Shown: positions 41,841 through 56,057, numbered from the whole stretch's first letter. The stretch: 63,858 nucleotides of DNA, filler included, from Conidiobolus incongruus B7586 (GCA_000697335.1; 34 parts of 34 records of this genome joined end to end with filler, not necessarily neighbours in it), one strand, 5' to 3'. The notes: generated by a model not told the origin, from the letters alone. Made by a program: numbers and translations.

Positions 41841-43900
41841 TTAAATTTGGATTAAGTAAAATATTTGATTCAAAATTATTATAAAATAGTTTTCAAACTA
41901 TTATTAAGATTATTATCAAGTACCTTTTTTCTATTTTGATTATAACTCTAGTTTAATATTATAATTTTAATTTGCATATTAATTAATTAATTAATTGTAA
42001 TTACTATAACTGAGAAAATGAACAATGAAAATTCATTTAATATTGCTATAATGTTGAGATTAATTTTAAACAGACATATAAAACTTCTAGAAAGAAAAAA
42101 TTATTAAATGTGATAAGTATTACATACAATTGGTTAGTAAATTATTCTCATATTAAATTTGATATATCAGGAATATTTATTAATTTAAGACTTTAATATA
42201 TTTTAAATACAGTTATAATCTGAAAATGACAATTATATCAATAACCAGATAAAGATAGATTTAATATTTTAAAATTCTTATATTATATTTTAATATAAAA
42301 ATATAATTATTGATAATTCCAAAAACATTTACTTTATATATATATTCAAGATTATTTAANNNNNNNNNNNNNNNNNNNNNNNNNNNNNNNNNNNNNNNNN
42401 NNNTTAATTAATTAANNNNNNNNNNNNNNNNNNNNNNNNNNNNNNNNNNNNNNNNNNNNATTTTATAAATTTTGATAATTTAAATTTTTTAAAATTCTTT
42501 TAGCGAATTATATAAATATTCATATTTAAATATTAGAGTAAAAATTAATAGCACAAGTTTATTTTCTTGAGTAATAGTTAATTGAAAAAATTTACATTAG
42601 TAATAATAATATAAAAAATAAATGATATATACATAATAGATAATTTAAATACTTATCATTTATTTAATATTTTGGTTATAGAAATATTAATTATACATAA
42701 ATTATATACAATAGAGAATATGCCTTTCAAGTATCTTTGTAAAAGACAATAATCTAATAACTCGTATTCAATTACTTTGTGTATGGGTTATGAACAATTC
42801 AGTTCATATTAGGTTTTTGGGTATATATAAAACAATAAAGGAATATAAGATGAGTCAAATTTTTATGATGTTGTATCATGTTAAACTTGCTACAAAACTT
42901 TGCCAATTGCCACACAGAGTATGTGACAGGTTGTACTAAAATTGAATTTATTAGTGCTATACTAGGCCCTTTAGCTAATCTCTGATTATAGTTAAATCTT
43001 TTTGGAATATTGATTCATCCTGTTATGGGCAACTATTTGAAGTATTTTTCAAGTTATTCATTAATATAATATTATTCAGTTTAATATGGAACTTCATTTA
43101 GTTATTGAAACTAATTAATGATAATATTGATTGATTGTTATACTCGAATCAATAATAAACTTGTGAATCATAAATACTACACTCCTTTAAAGTTAATATT
43201 TTATTTTTGTTATAATATCTATTAATATTAAATGGATATTATATTAAACTTAATAGCATTTAAATATAGCACTAAGACTATAAAATACCAATTAAATGTA
43301 ATTTATATTAAAATTGCAAATATGATATTTATAAAAAATCAATTTAACTCTAATTGTTACGGATATTTTGTTTTATTTGGTTTGTTTGATAATCTGTTTT
43401 TTGACATGCCTGAATAAAGTAATTTCAATAAATCTTAATGTAAATCTTATTATAATTAATATATACATATTAATAATTTATAAATTTAATTTTTAAAAAA
43501 ATATATATATATTTAAAAATTTTATTATTAATAACTATAAATTATATTTCCACAAAGTTTACTATATTATTACCTAAATAAAATATTTTGAAATAATATA
43601 TTAGTTCAAATGTTAACATTATTCAGTTAAACATAAAAATTTAAATGGATTCTCTTAGGTTTAACCTGACTTGAATTTTATGGTAATTTAAGCCTATTGG
43701 ATCTTGAATTAATTGGGATAAATCAAGATATTCACCCATATTTAATTGTCATAATTCACTTTGGATGGATATATAAATACTTCAAATGGAACTCAATACC
43801 CTCAATTTAATTCCCTTCTCTCTTTTTTCAACTTGATGATTTTGATATAATTTTAATTGAAATATTATTTAAATTGTTATTATCTTAATTGTATTATTCG

Positions 43901-44170
43901 ATGCCAACTCAAATGAATCAGCAAGCAAAAAAGTATTATCACGCTAAAAAGAACTCAATACCCAGTCCAATCGATACCTCAGTCGGGAAGGGAATCTTGC
44001 CGGATAATATTTCCCCAACAACACCTAGACCAAGTTTGAGCGAGCAATGCCAATTTCCATGTGATCGCAAATCTATTCACTCGCAATTCACCTGCAAATC
44101 TAACGGCTCTTTCAGAAGTAAATTTTTCAAACGATTCATTAGAAAGATTAAATATGGCTTATTATTCTAA
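43901..44170 (+). CDS. Hypothetical small basic Ser/Pro-rich protein, 89 aa from the first ATG
   Basis: GC-richer ORF with many CpGs; TATATAAATA at ~43770; CT-rich leader at 43811-43830; AATAAA downstream. ATG at 43901 preferred over the TTG at 43889. Confidence 0.65.
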   Translation: MPTQMNQQAKKYYHAKKNSIPSPIDTSVGKGILPDNISPTTPRPSLSEQCQFPCDRKSIHSQFTCKSNGSFRSKFFKRFIRKIKYGLLF

Positions 44171-45970
44171 AATCCAATTCAACGATTACTTTTAAAACTT
44201 TTGGGAATAGTTGAATACTTGGTAACAATTAACTCTATTTAAAAAATAATAATTGACTCATGTCATTCCTTTTTTTCTCCATCTTAATATTTGTAAATAA
44301 ATATAAAAGTCTTTGAATAATCTTGTTAACTACTTTCGTACTTGTTTTACCTTTAATATCTATTACCTCCTCTTTCATTTTAACACTATTATAATTATAA
44401 TGGTGTGATTCTTTATATTTTATTCAATTATTTAACACGCTCTCTCCTTGAATTTCACTTGATTCCAAATAATTCTCTGAATCATGACTTTTATGGTAAA
44501 TTCAAATATCTATTAATCTATAAAATTTTAGCTAATTTAAAATTATTTCGCAATAAACCTACAATTTGATTCAATCATTGAAAAAATTGTACCAATTGAA
44601 TCCCTGTTGGAGCTTTTAATCAGGCTGTAGATTGTCATACTCAACAATTACTCAAATTGTTTTGATTTAGTAAAAATTTGAGTTCCACATTGATTTTTTT
44701 TGTTTAATCTTGTTCAATTTTATCATCGGATACTCTAGAGATTTTGTTAAATATGTCATTGGAGCAGACAGTCAAAATATACTCATTTCTAAGCCCCCAT
44801 AATTAGTTGATCATTATTTAAATTTCAATATATTTGAAAAAAATTAAAAATAAGATAATAAAATACTAAAGATTGGAAAATTAAAATGATTTAATATATT
44901 TTATATATTATATATATTACAAATTACACCCTTATAAGAATAATTAATATGCTTTTTTTTAAATCATAGTTATTATATATAATTTAATTTCAAAATATAA
45001 TAATTTTATAATAAACAGAATTAATATTTTATTACCAATTACTTGTTAAATTCAAAAAATAACTATCTTGAATTTTAAATAATCAACAGTATATAAAAAT
45101 ATTCTTTTGTGGCTATAACATTTTAGCGAAAATCTCAAAAGTGATCAAGCAATTCTTTGATTGATTAATAATTAAAAATAGTGAATTTAAAGATAAAAAA
45201 TCAAGATAAAAAAATTTTTCACATTAAATTATTATTGCAAAGAAAATTTTATAATATAAAAATGGTGGAAAAATAAGATCATATGTTAATATTAAAAATA
45301 TTATATTTTGATAATTAATTATTTCAATTTAAAATCAATACTTAACTATTATGTCATCTGTTTTATTAATCATTATTGTGAGATAAATTTATTAATAAAG
45401 AATTTGATTCAATAGGTATCTAAGTATAATGACAATTTTTTTCTAATTATGTGTATTTATTATATAAACTTTAATATTTCAAATATTAATAAAAGTGAAC
45501 CACCTAATAATTTTATGATAATTATTTTAGTTATTTATTATATTCATTTGATTATTTTTATTAATTTAAATTTGATTTATTAAATATATTAATATAAATA
45601 AAAAAATATTATCAAATTTTGAAAAATANNNNNNNNNNNNNNNNNNNNNNNNNNNNNNNNNNNNNNNNNNNNTTAATTAATTAANNNNNNNNNNNNNNNN
45701 NNNNNNNNNNNNNNNNNNNNNNNNNNNNTATATTTATATTTTAAAAATTACATTATTAGAATTTTTTATTTATCCTTAATAAGTGTTGGAAAACTCATTT
45801 ATTAAGAATATAATATTAAATAATAAATATTAAATATTAAATAAAATCAATCAATATAAAAAAATTTTATTAAAATTATTTCAAAATTAAAATTAAACAA
45901 TTAAATTAATATATAATATTTTTATATAATATAAAATTTTTTTTCTCCGAAAAATAAATTAATTATTAAA

Positions 45971-46384
45971 TTAAATAATATTAGTTAAAATTGAATATGG
46001 AGAAGGATTGTTATATTCACTGAATCCACTGTTGAAAAGTGCCTCAAATAAATCGTTCACCGGATTCACAATACTTGCAACTAATCCAGTATTCTTATAA
46101 TCAGTGGTAAGTATTCCTCCTGTGATTTCTTTAGCTATTTGACCAATTGCTCCTCCAACTAATTGAGTGATTGGCTGAATTGGACGATTGGGTAGATAAG
46201 TAAATCCATTCTTGGTTTTTGGTGCAAAAGGCATTGATCTTTTGGCCAGATCAAGATTACCACTGATTACATTGGATAATGATTGATCAACATCGTCCAA
46301 TATAGGAGCAACTGAATTGAGATTTAAGGGAGCAGATATCATAGGTTGAACAAGACATAAAGTAACTAGGTTAAAGAGTTGCAT
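45971..46384 (-). CDS. Small secreted protein, 137 aa; signal peptide, acidic pro-region and dibasic KR site
   Basis: GC-richer ORF; hydrophobic N-terminus ending ISA-P; KR at residues 48-49; TATAAATA ~75-85 bp upstream on the minus strand. Confidence 0.8.
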   Translation of the reverse strand: MQLFNLVTLCLVQPMISAPLNLNSVAPILDDVDQSLSNVISGNLDLAKRSMPFAPKTKNGFTYLPNRPIQPITQLVGGAIGQIAKEITGGILTTDYKNTGLVASIVNPVNDLFEALFNSGFSEYNNPSPYSILTNII

Positions 46385-49300
46385 CTTAGTCAGATTATAT
46401 TAAATTTAAATTAATTAGAGTGAAATCCGTTGAATGATTCAAGCCTGCTATCAGTACATATATTTATATAAAATTCCAGATTTCAAGTAATGTTAAATTC
46501 ATGCATTTAATGATAAGGTACCCTCTAAATTTTATAATCTTGTGAATCGTACATGAAATATTTTTCCATATTTTATATATATTTAGTTAAATATTTTAAA
46601 TTATAATTATGAATAAGTTTATAAATATTTAAAAATAAATATTTGAATTAAAAGATAGTTAATTATAAACATGATGTAAAATGAGTTAATATTTTTAAAA
46701 CATTGACAGTTTATTTTTTGATAAAGGAATTGTGGTAAATCAAATCATCTCGGATCTATCAATTTTAAAATACATTAAATATTTTAATAAAAATTTCTCT
46801 AATAATATGAAAACATTAAAAACATACGGCTTATATTTATTGATTTCCTCATTCAAATACCAATATTTAGGAATAACAATGAATTGTGTTATTGAAATGC
46901 ATTATAATTACCAACTACAATATATTTCATAGGGAGTTCTATTTTTATCTTTTCTATTTGAAAATTACAGTGCATTAAATATACTAATATTTTTAAATTT
47001 AAGGTTTAAGTGTAAAAAACAGTTGATATCATTTTAAAATGATTGGATAATAGAAATGTTGTGTGTTGGTTTAGATTATTTATATTAGTTTTGATTTTAT
47101 AATAATAATTTAGAATAGGTTTCAATGTTTGATCGATTTAATCGAATATTATCAAAAATATATATTAAAATGTTGAAACTTGAGTACTAATATATTCAAC
47201 ACCGTAATTTTTTAAATTTGAACCACTTATTGTATTCGGGAATATATTCTGAGACATAAGAAATTTCCGACAGCAGTACAAAAATTAAATTTTCCTAAAT
47301 TGTTGGATAGATTTTGAGGGAAAAGAATTTAGAATATTTAACTCATCAAACGTTAAAATATGATATGTTTATTTATAAATATTACTGATCCATTAGATTG
47401 GAAAATCATTAAAACTATGCATTTTTTCGGAGAAAAAAAATATTATAAATAAAAACAAAAGATATTATTCAATAAAAGTATAGATTGAGTTTAAATAATA
47501 TTTTTTGATATATCATATATTTAATATATGGGATATGTAATGAATTAAAATTCACAAATCTAATATATAAAGTAATTGGAAAATATTTAGAATAGTAAAC
47601 TTAGAAGAATTCAATTTGAACAATATTAATAAAAATTAAAATTGATAAAGCAAGTTAATTATTTATCATTTAGTTTTGAAAATAACAAAATTAATTTTCA
47701 TCATTTATTTTTATTCATTGTACCTTGAGAGTAGTTATTTAAAAATATAATATTATAAGCCATAAATTTATTAAAATGATTTAAATTTGAATTTAGACTA
47801 TAAATATCTTTTTAGATAAGTGATTGTGAATAAGATAATAATTTATTTTGAACTAAACAAAATTACCAATAGATTTGATTTGTATTTTAAATTTTTTAGT
47901 TTAAATATAACCTATTGATTGTTTTCCTATTTTGTTTGCTTTTAAATAAAGAAATAATGAACTTAAATAGCCAACTGCAATAAGTTAATATGATTATTTC
48001 TCACAAATATCATGATAACATACAAACCAATTATATATAGCATTATAATATAAAAACTTTGAATCTGAAAGTTTATGATATTATATTTTGCCTATTAAAT
48101 TATAAATATAATATTATTAAAGATAAATAAGCTTTATGTATTTATATTATATAAATAGATTAAAATCTTTTAAAAACTATCATTTTAGCTTAACCACTTT
48201 AATGATCTAAGGTAGTTAGATAACTCAATGATAAAATTACTGATAAATTACTAATGCTCATCAATACCCTTTAGCAAAAATATTGGAAAAAGGGTTGGCT
48301 AATATTATATGAAACTAAAATTAGATATTGAACTTATAATATGAATCTTATCAAACTTAGTGGATTGTTTATAGATTGGTAATATAGATATAATATAAAA
48401 AATGATTTAATTAAAATAATTATCATAATATTTTATTATTTATAATTATTAAGATAATTTTTTTTATAAAATTTAAAAAAAATAATAATATTAAATTAGG
48501 ATATAATTCTTAACTATATTGATATTTAATTTTCTATTTATTCATATTAACTTACAAAAATAAGATATAAAATTAAAAATATAAATATTTTTTTTAATAT
48601 TTTAATCAAATTTAATTTAAATAAACTTATATTAAACTATATATTTAAAATATATTTTTTATTTATAATAAAATATATAGAGTTAAATTTAATTAATTAT
48701 TAATTGATATATTAAAACTAAAAGTATAGCTAAGATANNNNNNNNNNNNNNNNNNNNNNNNNNNNNNNNNNNNNNNNNNNNTTAATTAATTAANNNNNNN
48801 NNNNNNNNNNNNNNNNNNNNNNNNNNNNNNNNNNNNNATTATATTGATATATTTATAAAAATTATTTTCACAATATAAATAATTAAATCAATTATAAATA
48901 AATATTAATAACTTTTTAAAATTTATTTTATTATTAATCTCTATTATTATATTATTGATATTTTTAAATTAAGTCAAAATTTAAAAACTAGTATTTAAAT
49001 AATATATAATATATCGGTAATTGTATTGATATAATAATTATTATATTAATTTAAATATAATCTATACTTTTGAAAATATAGATATTGTATTTTTTTATTT
49101 GATTTGATTCGAATTTTTTAATAATATAATATATTCATAAAAGTTAATAATGTATTGAAAAAGCTTGAAAAATGTTTCAGAGAGAATTATAATAATTTAA
49201 AAAATAATGATGACACTAATCACTATAGTTCATATATATTATATATTTTTGATGTTTCACTATAATTTATCATCGTTAATAAAATTGATTTATATCATAG

Positions 49301-50055
49301 TTAGAGTTCATAATAATTTAAATTTATCAAAGGGTTTATAATAAAATTAATTGAATATGAAAGTAATATCAAGATAAATTATTATAATAAAATTAAATAA
49401 TTATTTTATATAATATTAAAACTAATTAATAATATTTTAATACTTAATATTAGCTTCAAACCATTTAATAACAACTTTCAAATTGATAATCCTCATATAA
49501 CTAAAAAGTATTTAAATACCAAATCTCGATAAAATTATCAAAAAGAATATTCAATTTAAATAAAAGCATAAATTATTTTCTCAAATTAATTCAAATATGA
49601 ATTATAAACTCACTAATAATTAGTTTGGATTAATTTTTAGTTAATTTATTTTAGTTTATAAATAAAGTTTATTAAATTACGTAATTTTGATGAGATTTAT
49701 TTGTAAAAACCAATTTATCATTGAGAGTTTTATAACTCGAATATATTGATGGAATGCTGGAATGTGCCTATACATACAGTAAGTTTAAACTATACTTATG
49801 ATAATGCATGTTTAAACAATTTTCAATGGATAAAATGTTTTTAATAAATCATTAGACTAATAAAATTAATTGGAATTATTCAAACTTTAAATTAAGTTTC
49901 AAAATTTATTATCACATTAAAATTAATAAATTTTAAGTTTCAAAAATTTTGAATAAAATTTATATATATAAACCATTGATTGTTTAAGTCATTAATAGAT
50001 TTTTTTATTATATTAGAAATTTAAAAGTTGATATATTACGATAAACACTTAATTT

Positions 50056-50589
50056 ATGACAATGTTTTCTAGATCATCACTTAAAGAAACGCCTGAACCC
50101 AAGATGTCTTTGGAGCAAATCAATACACTGAACAATTTTTTCAATCGGTTATATATGAATAAAGAGTTGAAAGGGTTATTAGAGTCGTCAAATATTCAAA
50201 AAATGAATGAATACAAAACTAAATATGTCACTAAATTTATTATAAATATGGTGATGATAGTATTCCTAATGAGCTGTCTATTTATTCTGACTGAATATTT
50301 GACTTTTCAATTGAATAACTCGAGCTTTCACTGGTTCGCAGTGCTCATCGTAATCATTACTGCTACACTAATAGGCACTCAGCTTTGGATAAGGATGAAG
50401 CGAATGAAACTGATCGATAATTGGGAGAATCTTCAAGAGCTTTCAAGCAGCCAGATCATCGAGGAAAAACAGATAGATACCTGTAATATTGATATACAAC
50501 CTCATCAATCGAGCTATCAACCATTGAAAATACCTAGTCAATTTATTCTAACCAAAAATAATTTTGGAAATTATCAAAAATTAAATTAA
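50056..50589 (+). CDS. Hypothetical two-TM membrane protein, 177 aa
   Basis: GC-richer ORF with CpGs retained; hydrophobic segments FIINMVMIVFLMSCLFIL and WFAVLIVIITATLIGTQLWI; TATA-like element at ~49961; AATAAA downstream. Confidence 0.75.
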   Translation: MTMFSRSSLKETPEPKMSLEQINTLNNFFNRLYMNKELKGLLESSNIQKMNEYKTKYVTKFIINMVMIVFLMSCLFILTEYLTFQLNNSSFHWFAVLIVIITATLIGTQLWIRMKRMKLIDNWENLQELSSSQIIEEKQIDTCNIDIQPHQSSYQPLKIPSQFILTKNNFGNYQKLN

Positions 50590-52539
50590 TTTTACCTTCA
50601 TTTTTATAGAAAATTAATGTTCACAAATAAAACTTATCTATAATTTATTATAATAGTATCTCTACAATCTATTTCACATATTTCAAGTGATTATAAAAGG
50701 TAATAATATTCTTAATAAATCCTAATTAAGTTAATTTCAGTTGAAAAACAATTATTTTATATACTTTCATACTTGTTGTAACATAATATGATTTTATCTA
50801 ATTTAATCATATATAACCAATAATCGGAAATATATATATATATATATTTAAGATTTCAAACAATTTACTTTTTTTGAAAAAAATAATAAGAAAAAAAATT
50901 TTCTTTCATGGAAAATAAGAATTTGTTACAAATTTTCCTTATTTGCAGATTTTTACTTTTGATTTGTAATAGATATTAGAAAATTAAATATATTTTACTA
51001 AATTATCTTACATAATCTTTAATTATTAATGACTTTTCAATACTTTTAATATTATAAACTAATATATTTTACTCATGATCATCAATTAAGTCATAAGAAT
51101 AAATATTTTAATTTTATATTAATTAGACCCATAACTTTATCTCTTTTTTTTTAAAAAAGGGGAATTTATAAGGATAAATTAAGTAAAAATTAATTTTAAT
51201 TTTATAAAATAATTAAAATAAAAAAAATGATTAAATATTTTTAAAATAAATGATTAATTAATATTCTATATTTTTTTATTTTATTTTCAATTAATAATTT
51301 AAATTAAAAATATTATAAGTATTTATCATAATAAAAAAATTTAATATTTATTCCTGATAATAAATATTAATGGAATTTATAATAATAATAATAACAATAA
51401 TACTAATCCAGTATAATAATCCAATTTTATTTTAAAAACTAGTGGATAAAATAAAAAACAAATTCATTTTGATAAAAAGATTAAAAAAATTAACTAATAA
51501 CAATATTTTTATAAATTTCAGTGAATTGATTTTTAAAAGTTATTTTTCTAATTTAAGAAAGTATATTCTAATATATCAATTATATATATTATGGTTTACT
51601 AATATTTAAATGAAAATATGATGAAATTTAATTAATATTAAAAATTAAATTTAATTTTGATATTAATTTAAGTAATAATATTTGTTATAGTGAATATTTT
51701 TATAAATTAATACTATTGGAATATTAAATATATAAAAATAAAATATCAATATCAGATATTATTTCATTAATATATATAGTTATTATAAAAAGTTTTACAA
51801 TAATANNNNNNNNNNNNNNNNNNNNNNNNNNNNNNNNNNNNNNNNNNNNTTAATTAATTAANNNNNNNNNNNNNNNNNNNNNNNNNNNNNNNNNNNNNNN
51901 NNNNNAAAATATATAAAAGTAATATTTTTCAAAATCTATATATTGATATATAATTATTATTGTAAATAAATATTGTTATAAAAACTTATTGATAAATTTG
52001 ATTATATTAAAATTAATGAATAAAATTGAAAGTTCTTATTATATTTTTAAATTTTAATCATAATTTATTAAAATCATTGAAAATTTGGAAAAATCTAATA
52101 AAAATATTATTTTATATAAAGCTATAATTAATTGCAAAATATTTTAATTTAAAGATATAATGGATATTATTTAAAATAAATTTAAATTTAAAAGATTAAA
52201 TTTAATAACTATATTTTATTCATTTAATAAGAAGTTATATTAAAATAAATTTTATTTTTTAATATAAGAAATATTAAAGTATTTTGAATATATTAAAGCT
52301 TAAACTTTGTTTAATTAATGAAAATATAAAAGAAATATCTCATGATTTTAATAATAACTTAAAAAATAAAATAATAATTGTTGAATTGAACTTATTCAAA
52401 TATAAGAGAGCATAAAAACTTTTATTTTTGATTATTATAGTTGATGAGCTTCAAATTCTTTTATTTGATACTTTATTTACAAAATAAAACAAAATGGTAT
52501 AAATAGCTAATATACCTATTTTATGCATTCAATTAAATC

Positions 52540-52950
52540 AATTTTATAATAAATTATAGTTTTTTATAGTTTTTTATTTAGTTTTTATAGGTAAAATAAA
52601 TAATTATAAATATTTCTTTATATACAATCGTTTAATAGCTAGTATTCAAATTTTGATTTAAAAATGGTTTTTTATTAAAATATTATAAGATAGAGTTAAA
52701 GCTATAAATGATAATAAATTAAAAGGATTAGAAAGAATTATTATATCTATATATTCATCGGATTTTAACCCATATAACTAAAATTGCTTTATATAAGTAA
52801 AACATCTCTGATAAAAAAATAGATTCCTATAAATAAATTTACTTAATTTATGACTTTAAATTTCAGTCATTAATAAAAAGAATTGTTTTTTAAATATCAA
52901 AAGTTTATTGATTTTATTTAATTAATTTATTTCTATATATCATATATTGA
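52540..52950 (+). mobile_element. Mariner 3' fragment, older and diverged
   Basis: TATTCATCGGATTTTAACCCATAT (YS[P]DFNP) at ~52752, and TTTCAGTCATTAATAAAAAGAATTGTTTTT at 52861 match the family 3' end. Confidence 0.7.
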
Positions 52951-53419
52951 ACACTATATTTAATTTTTATTTTGAAATTTTATAATTATTTAATTTATAA
53001 AATTATATCTAAAATACTTATAATAATAATTTAAGACTTAAGTGTTATTAAAAATAAAAGTGAAATTATATTATTTAATATATATAGAATTAATAAACCA
53101 ATTTTTAAAAAATATAAATATCAAATTTATATTTGGATTATTTTATAAATTTTAAGAAAATTTATTAATAAGAATCAGTAAATATAAATTAATTTATTAA
53201 AACGAAAGAAATTTTGTAATTTATTAGAATATTATTTAAATGGTATAGAATATATCAATGATTCATTATACTATGTGTAAATATTATAAAAATATTGGGT
53301 AATTCTATTTAAATTAAAATTAAATATTTATATCAATTAAAATATAGTCTGATTCTAATTCTCTGTCATTAAAAATATAAATTATCACTTGAGTCTCATT
53401 TGTTTGGATATAAATTTGA

Positions 53420-54866
53420 AATAATTCTGGCTTAGATTAGGTAATAGAGTGTTTTCAGGTTCATTACTTTATTATTAAACAAGATAGTTTTTAATTTATT
53501 ATATAAATATATATTATTTTTATCAAGGTCATGAAATTTTTTTATTTAAAACAATGATATTGAAATCATTAAAACAGAACCACATGTTCTTTAATCTATT
53601 TTTAATGAAATATTGACTTGATGACTTAACAATGATAGAATATCTGAAAACATTATAAATACTATAATATAATATATTTTGAATCTTATATCAATTTTTA
53701 CTTAATATATTAAAAACAATGCTCAAAAAGGCTTGTAATTCTGTTCTCACACTTGAATGAATTCTGTATTTAGATCTAGGAAAAAGGAAATGCTTAATGT
53801 ATTAATTACATTTATAAAATGAAGAAAATGTATTAATATTTTAAATAAGGATATTTTGTATTTATAATTATTTGGATTAAAATAGCTGGAGCTTAAATTT
53901 AATCAATTTATTTTATTATTGAATAAGATATATTAACAGTTATTATTATTATACCTGATCAAAATATATACATTATTGAATGTGTTGGTAATTATGAGGA
54001 GTTGAAATATTAACTTAACCTTGAGAGAAATGAAAGGGGATCAAATATCATTCAAAGTATTTTTCAAGTCAACAAACTCATTTCAAGTTAAATACATAAG
54101 ATACAAAATTGGAAATTGAAAAGCGCAGTGATTTAATAAACTTTGATACTATCAAAATAAACTAAATTATCATAATTAATCTCAGTAAAATATTTAGTAT
54201 ATTTTTAAACTAATTTGAAATAAAAGTTATGGATTAAAGGGGAGTATATTATATAAAACAGGAATCATAATTGTTAACTTGATTTATTTCTTAATTGATT
54301 AAAGATTGAACCAGAGTTCAAAAATTAACAAAACAATGTAAAAATATAAATGAATAAAAAATGGAGTAGATTGATGATGATATATTTAATATGTTAATTT
54401 AAATAATATTTATTTGCTCATTCAAATAACAATGTATAATTTGTACATAATACATGTTTAAATACTTTAGTGTGAATCAGTAATGTGCAATAACAATTGC
54501 ATCAATTCTACAGGTTGTAATGTTAACAAATTTGCATGGACAGGTGTATTTAAACAAATTATACAGTATATTACTTGAGCAACTTGGGTTTCATTAGCCA
54601 CTGATATTAATTAACCTACTCCTCATTTGTATGATTATGGTTTTTTGAATAATTGGCCAATTTACAGAATTGAAGTATTTCAAATTAATTGATTACTCTA
54701 CCAAAACTCACTATCAAATTCCAATTTCATTGCTTTGCATAGCAATTGGGTTCATCTGCAAACTTAAAGCATCTGAATTGCATAAAACTCAAGTTTAAGC
54801 ATTTTGGAATAATTGAATCAATACATCGGTCACAACTTCAAAGTTATTATATCGAGTTTTTATTAA
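53420..54866 (+). mobile_element. Highly degraded non-LTR retrotransposon (L1/Tx1-like ORF2) relic
   Basis: Ordered motif relics: SGLD (53426), ITLLLNK (53463), L.NND.KII-like (~53545-53570), DAQKAYDSV-like AATGCTCAAAAAGGCTTGTAATTCTGTT (53718), LERNE[G]G[L]NI (54020). Many frameshifts and deletions. Confidence 0.5.
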
Positions 54867-56057
54867 NNNNNNNNNNNNNNNNNNNNNNNNNNNNNNNNNN
54901 NNNNNNNNNNTTAATTAATTAANNNNNNNNNNNNNNNNNNNNNNNNNNNNNNNNNNNNNNNNNNNNAATATTTATGATATTAAAAATTATATAATTTTAA
55001 AATTTTCAAATTAAATCTATTAATTCATATAAACTTAATAAATAATCTTCATATCAATAGCTATTATAAGGACTAAAAAGAATATTAAGTAATTAATTAG
55101 TAATTTGTGTTTTGTTTAACAGATAAACCATATTTATAACCCCATATCAGATGAAATTTTTGATTAATGGAATTAATATAACAGATAATAAAATACTTAT
55201 TATTGTAAATATATTGTATAATATTATATAACTATTTCCATGGAATTTTAAAAATATATTTAATTTTTCTTTTATAAAGATTAAATTCATATACTCAAAT
55301 AATATTTGATTGGTATTAATTTATTAATTTATAAAAAAAAAATTTTTAGAACATAAGTTATATTTTGATTATATTACAATATAATCTGGGATTTGAAAAA
55401 ATATTATCAAATATAATAATGATGGCATATTATAGTTTCAATATTTTTATATTATTTTAATTATATCTTCAACGAATTTATTTTATGAATGTATACTTGG
55501 GTTGATGGTTTGTATAGATATTTCGTTTTAGACCTATTTAGTAAAATAGCACACAACGTTAAATAATATTTTTAATAATTAAAATATTTGACAGATTGGT
55601 AATTATAACAATGAGTATTTTTTATTTTCTATATTTGGTATTAAAAATATTCAAACTATATAATTTCATTTACTTATTTAAGTTTAAATAATTAATATCA
55701 TATATTTTAATGAGCTTTTGAATTTATCAGATAAGCCCTATATTTGGATAGAAAACGTGGTAATTGTATAAATAAAATCATTATATAATATTTTTTAATT
55801 ATAAAATTAATGATTTGTTACTAATATATATTGAACAAATATGACTAAATTATATTTCAAAATTTTGTATCCTTATGAAATCATATTCAATGAAAATTAA
55901 TAACGTATATGTATCATGTCCCATAAAGAGAAATAAGCCAATCCACATTGTGTGAATGTAATTTGGACATTCATTAATCATTTAACTTTCGTAATCCTCC
56001 AGTTCAATTGACTACTTTTATATTGATAATTCTATTGCTTGAATAAATATAATCGCT

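Noticed and set aside
42720..42930. Possible LTR ending in TGTGACA
   Set aside because: No convincing opposite terminus or TSD found.
52070..52480. Walker A/B-like relic (GKS...IIIVDELQIL)
   Set aside because: Only short motifs in different frames; too weak without a homology search.
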